From Lepidodermella squamata (taxonomy: Eukaryota; Animalia; Gastrotricha), in the NCBI GenBank assembly GCA_047495785.1, contig JBLDXI010000036.1, positions 248,001 through 312,000 of the forward strand: 64,000 nucleotides of DNA, read 5' to 3'. Positions 61,901 through 64,000 of this stretch are shown in pieces. Position 1 is the stretch's first letter. Each line of letters begins with the position of its first letter. The position numbers were made by a program, and so were the translations under genes. A model generated the notes under the pieces. The model ran no database searches. It was not told the origin of the DNA and saw only the letters and a program-made list of their open reading frames with translations.

Positions 61901-64000
61901 TACAGTTGATTATTGTTCCATGGGATCTGTAAAAAAAGACGAATCGTTCGGTACAATATGGTCAGCAACATTGAAAAGTAAGCAAGCCTACCGTGTTAGC
62001 TGGGCAGTTCACTGATTGCGGATAACACACGATAGCGGATTTCGTCGCATTGCTGACGCATTTTATGTGTTTGCCCTAATAGGATACAATTCTGCCGTTG
62101 AGCGAAAATTTCGAAGGTGAAATTCCGAACCTGAATCAACGCTCGGCACGTATCGAACGAATCCACGAGTGAATCAGGCGATAGAACTCGACCGAGCTGA
62201 TTGAAAATTATTAAAAATGGCTCGAATTTGAAATAGTATCTTACATCATATTTTCCAGTGCCATTTAGACAGGTTTCGCGACAGGTGCCGCCAGTTGTTG
62301 CGTCATAGCACAGTCGAATAAGCTATATTAAGTTCATAAAGGAATCCGAGCGGTAAAAGTAAGCGTAGACTCACCCCTGCCTCACATTCCGCTTTGGTGG
62401 GGTAAATCGTAGGACTTAAAGTCTGTAATGTATTATAGATTGGTCAAAGTAAGCCAACTGCCCCAAATAAACTCACGTTACTGCCGTCGCATGGCTGCGG
62501 GGCTTGCTTGCAACCTGGGAATGTCAGCCCTGTTGATTCGAAGCAGCGACGATGAGGATACATTGCCGGGGGTGCTGAGAGTTACATTTCACATTTCATT
62601 GGAATGACAAATCCACTGGTCAAACTTTACCTGAAGTGCACTCAATCAGAGAGTTGAAGGTAGTACCCGCGATGCTACCGGCCGGGCAAGATGTACCATC
62701 CGAAACGAGAATGCATTTCATAAATGTGTATGCGGTTTGATCAACGCAGAGTTGGTGAGGTTTCTATCGAAATTTAAAGGCGTTAACTCATATTTTAGTA
62801 AGCAGTTTATTTCAAACCAGCGTTACGAGGCAATCGGCGTAGTTGCTAGCAAAGTCGGTTTTCGAACTGAAAGTCGAAACCTATCGCAACAGAAATCAGT
62901 AGCCGGATTAACAAAGTTCAGAACCTACCACTGTCATTGGGCTAGGGCAGTTATTCCGGCAAACGAAACCATTCGACGAGGAGCAAACAGCTGCCGGCTG
63001 TGACCATTGAAAACGTATTCTACATAGAGAAGAATCAGCGCAGTTTTAAACTTACGCCAACAATGCAGTGAGCTTTGTCGATGTATGTTCCAACGCTATA
63101 TGACTGAAATTAAATCATAAAAAATTAATGCCATATATTTTGTCTTGAAAGAATTACTGTATTTGTTCCTATAACAGCCCGGGCTGCTAAAATTTCAACC
63201 TCGAAATTTTGAGAATTGTAAAAAATAGTTGGTGAATCGTTCATTTGTGATGTTATCGAACCGACTTGGCCCCTCAACAGGGATGGGCTAATAGATCAAA
63301 TACGGTACCTGTGTCATATTGGTCGCAATGCAAGGCGTTGATCGACAGCCGAGAAAAGACCGGTCGCTTTGAAGGAAACAGCGATTGTGCGGCAGAAAAT
63401 CGGCGTCATTGCGTTTAACTAAATCAAATGTAATTTTTGAATTTATCAAAAGCCTCAATTTCTTTCAATGTCCAACTTACGATTTTCTTGAGCCATACAA
63501 GAGAGTGTTGTCGACCAATAGCCTACCACATTCTACGAAGAAAATACATACACATTTGATGTTGATAATTTGATAAGAACGAATTTCCTAAAAATAAATG
63601 AAGTGATAAGCCATATTAAGTATTAATTTCGGTTCTATGAATTAATTGCGGTACTTACTCCGCCATTTGGGCAGGAGCCATTGACCGGGATGCAGGTTCG
63701 CTGACCTTTGTCGCAAAGCGTTGCTTGAACATTCTACATGGCAAACTTACCAGTTTTACTCCACAACTTTCAAGGAAATGCTCACCATGAAATTTTTGAT
63801 TGCTGACCTACACAGCTTGTACTGCGTTTCAAAGTTGGTGCCCAGGTATTCAGCATTCTGAGCATAGGAAGAATAAATTACTGAAATTACTGAATTTTTT
63901 AAACCTAACCATAACTTCATCGGCCGATGAACAGCCCAAGTTGCGGGGAATACAACGCATGTTGATTGTTTTGTAGTTGAAGCAGCTTCGAGCCGACTGA
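58925..64000 (-). CDS. Cys-repeat stalk + CTLD protein, subfamily A (gene 10, 5' part outside window)
   Basis: Stalk micro-exons from 63997 to about 61873; intact terminal exon YHRCEAANGSPTC...RIAMPKT...WIGM...WDDGS...TCETYLPG*. Confidence 0.87.
59679..60221. repeat. Foldback element in last intron of gene 10
   Basis: Long arms (caccatcaaatttgggcttttaccaacgaaaccaatgttgc..ccgctgatttag) matched by the reverse complement at 60040-60221, with pairing continuing inwards. Confidence 0.8.
60546..61272. mobile_element. Non-autonomous hAT element with AAGACC subterminal repeats
   Basis: TIR CAGACTATCGG / CCGATAGTCTG, perfect 8-bp TSD GCGGTACT. Confidence 0.85.
61509..61740. mobile_element. TA-flanked palindromic MITE (CCGTA terminus, Tc1/mariner-pogo-like)
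   Basis: ta|CCGTAGAGCGGTACAATTTTGAAC ... GTTCAAAATTGTACCGCTCTACGG|ta; near-perfect palindrome with internal gtacaattttgaac repeats. Confidence 0.85.

Overview
Eukaryotic, AT-rich DNA from a compact animal genome (most introns about 50-70 nt; species not identifiable from sequence). The window is dominated by a tandem cluster of about 10 multi-exon genes for secreted proteins. Each has a signal peptide, a stalk of an unfamiliar 4-cysteine repeat built from micro-exons, and a highly divergent C-terminal C-type lectin-like domain (CTLD). Eight genes are subfamily A (RCFSRLND start) and two are subfamily B (RCFSQF start; one carries an EGF/4xCTLD array). Several copies have lost or disabled only the lectin head. 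Interleaved are one intact and two decayed copies of a type II membrane fucosyltransferase-like gene and a small secreted PAN/Apple gene. A young, apparently intact Ty3/gypsy LTR element (30597-38476, minus strand, 402-bp LTRs that look identical, AGTT TSD) encodes gag, -1-frameshifted pol, an env-like membrane glycoprotein and a fourth ORF of unknown function. Introns and spacers hold many non-autonomous DNA transposons (hAT, P-like, Tc1/mariner-like), a decayed LINE ORF1 and a tRNA-like relic. Exon boundaries were inferred by eye from splice signals and paralog comparison, so gene spans are approximate.
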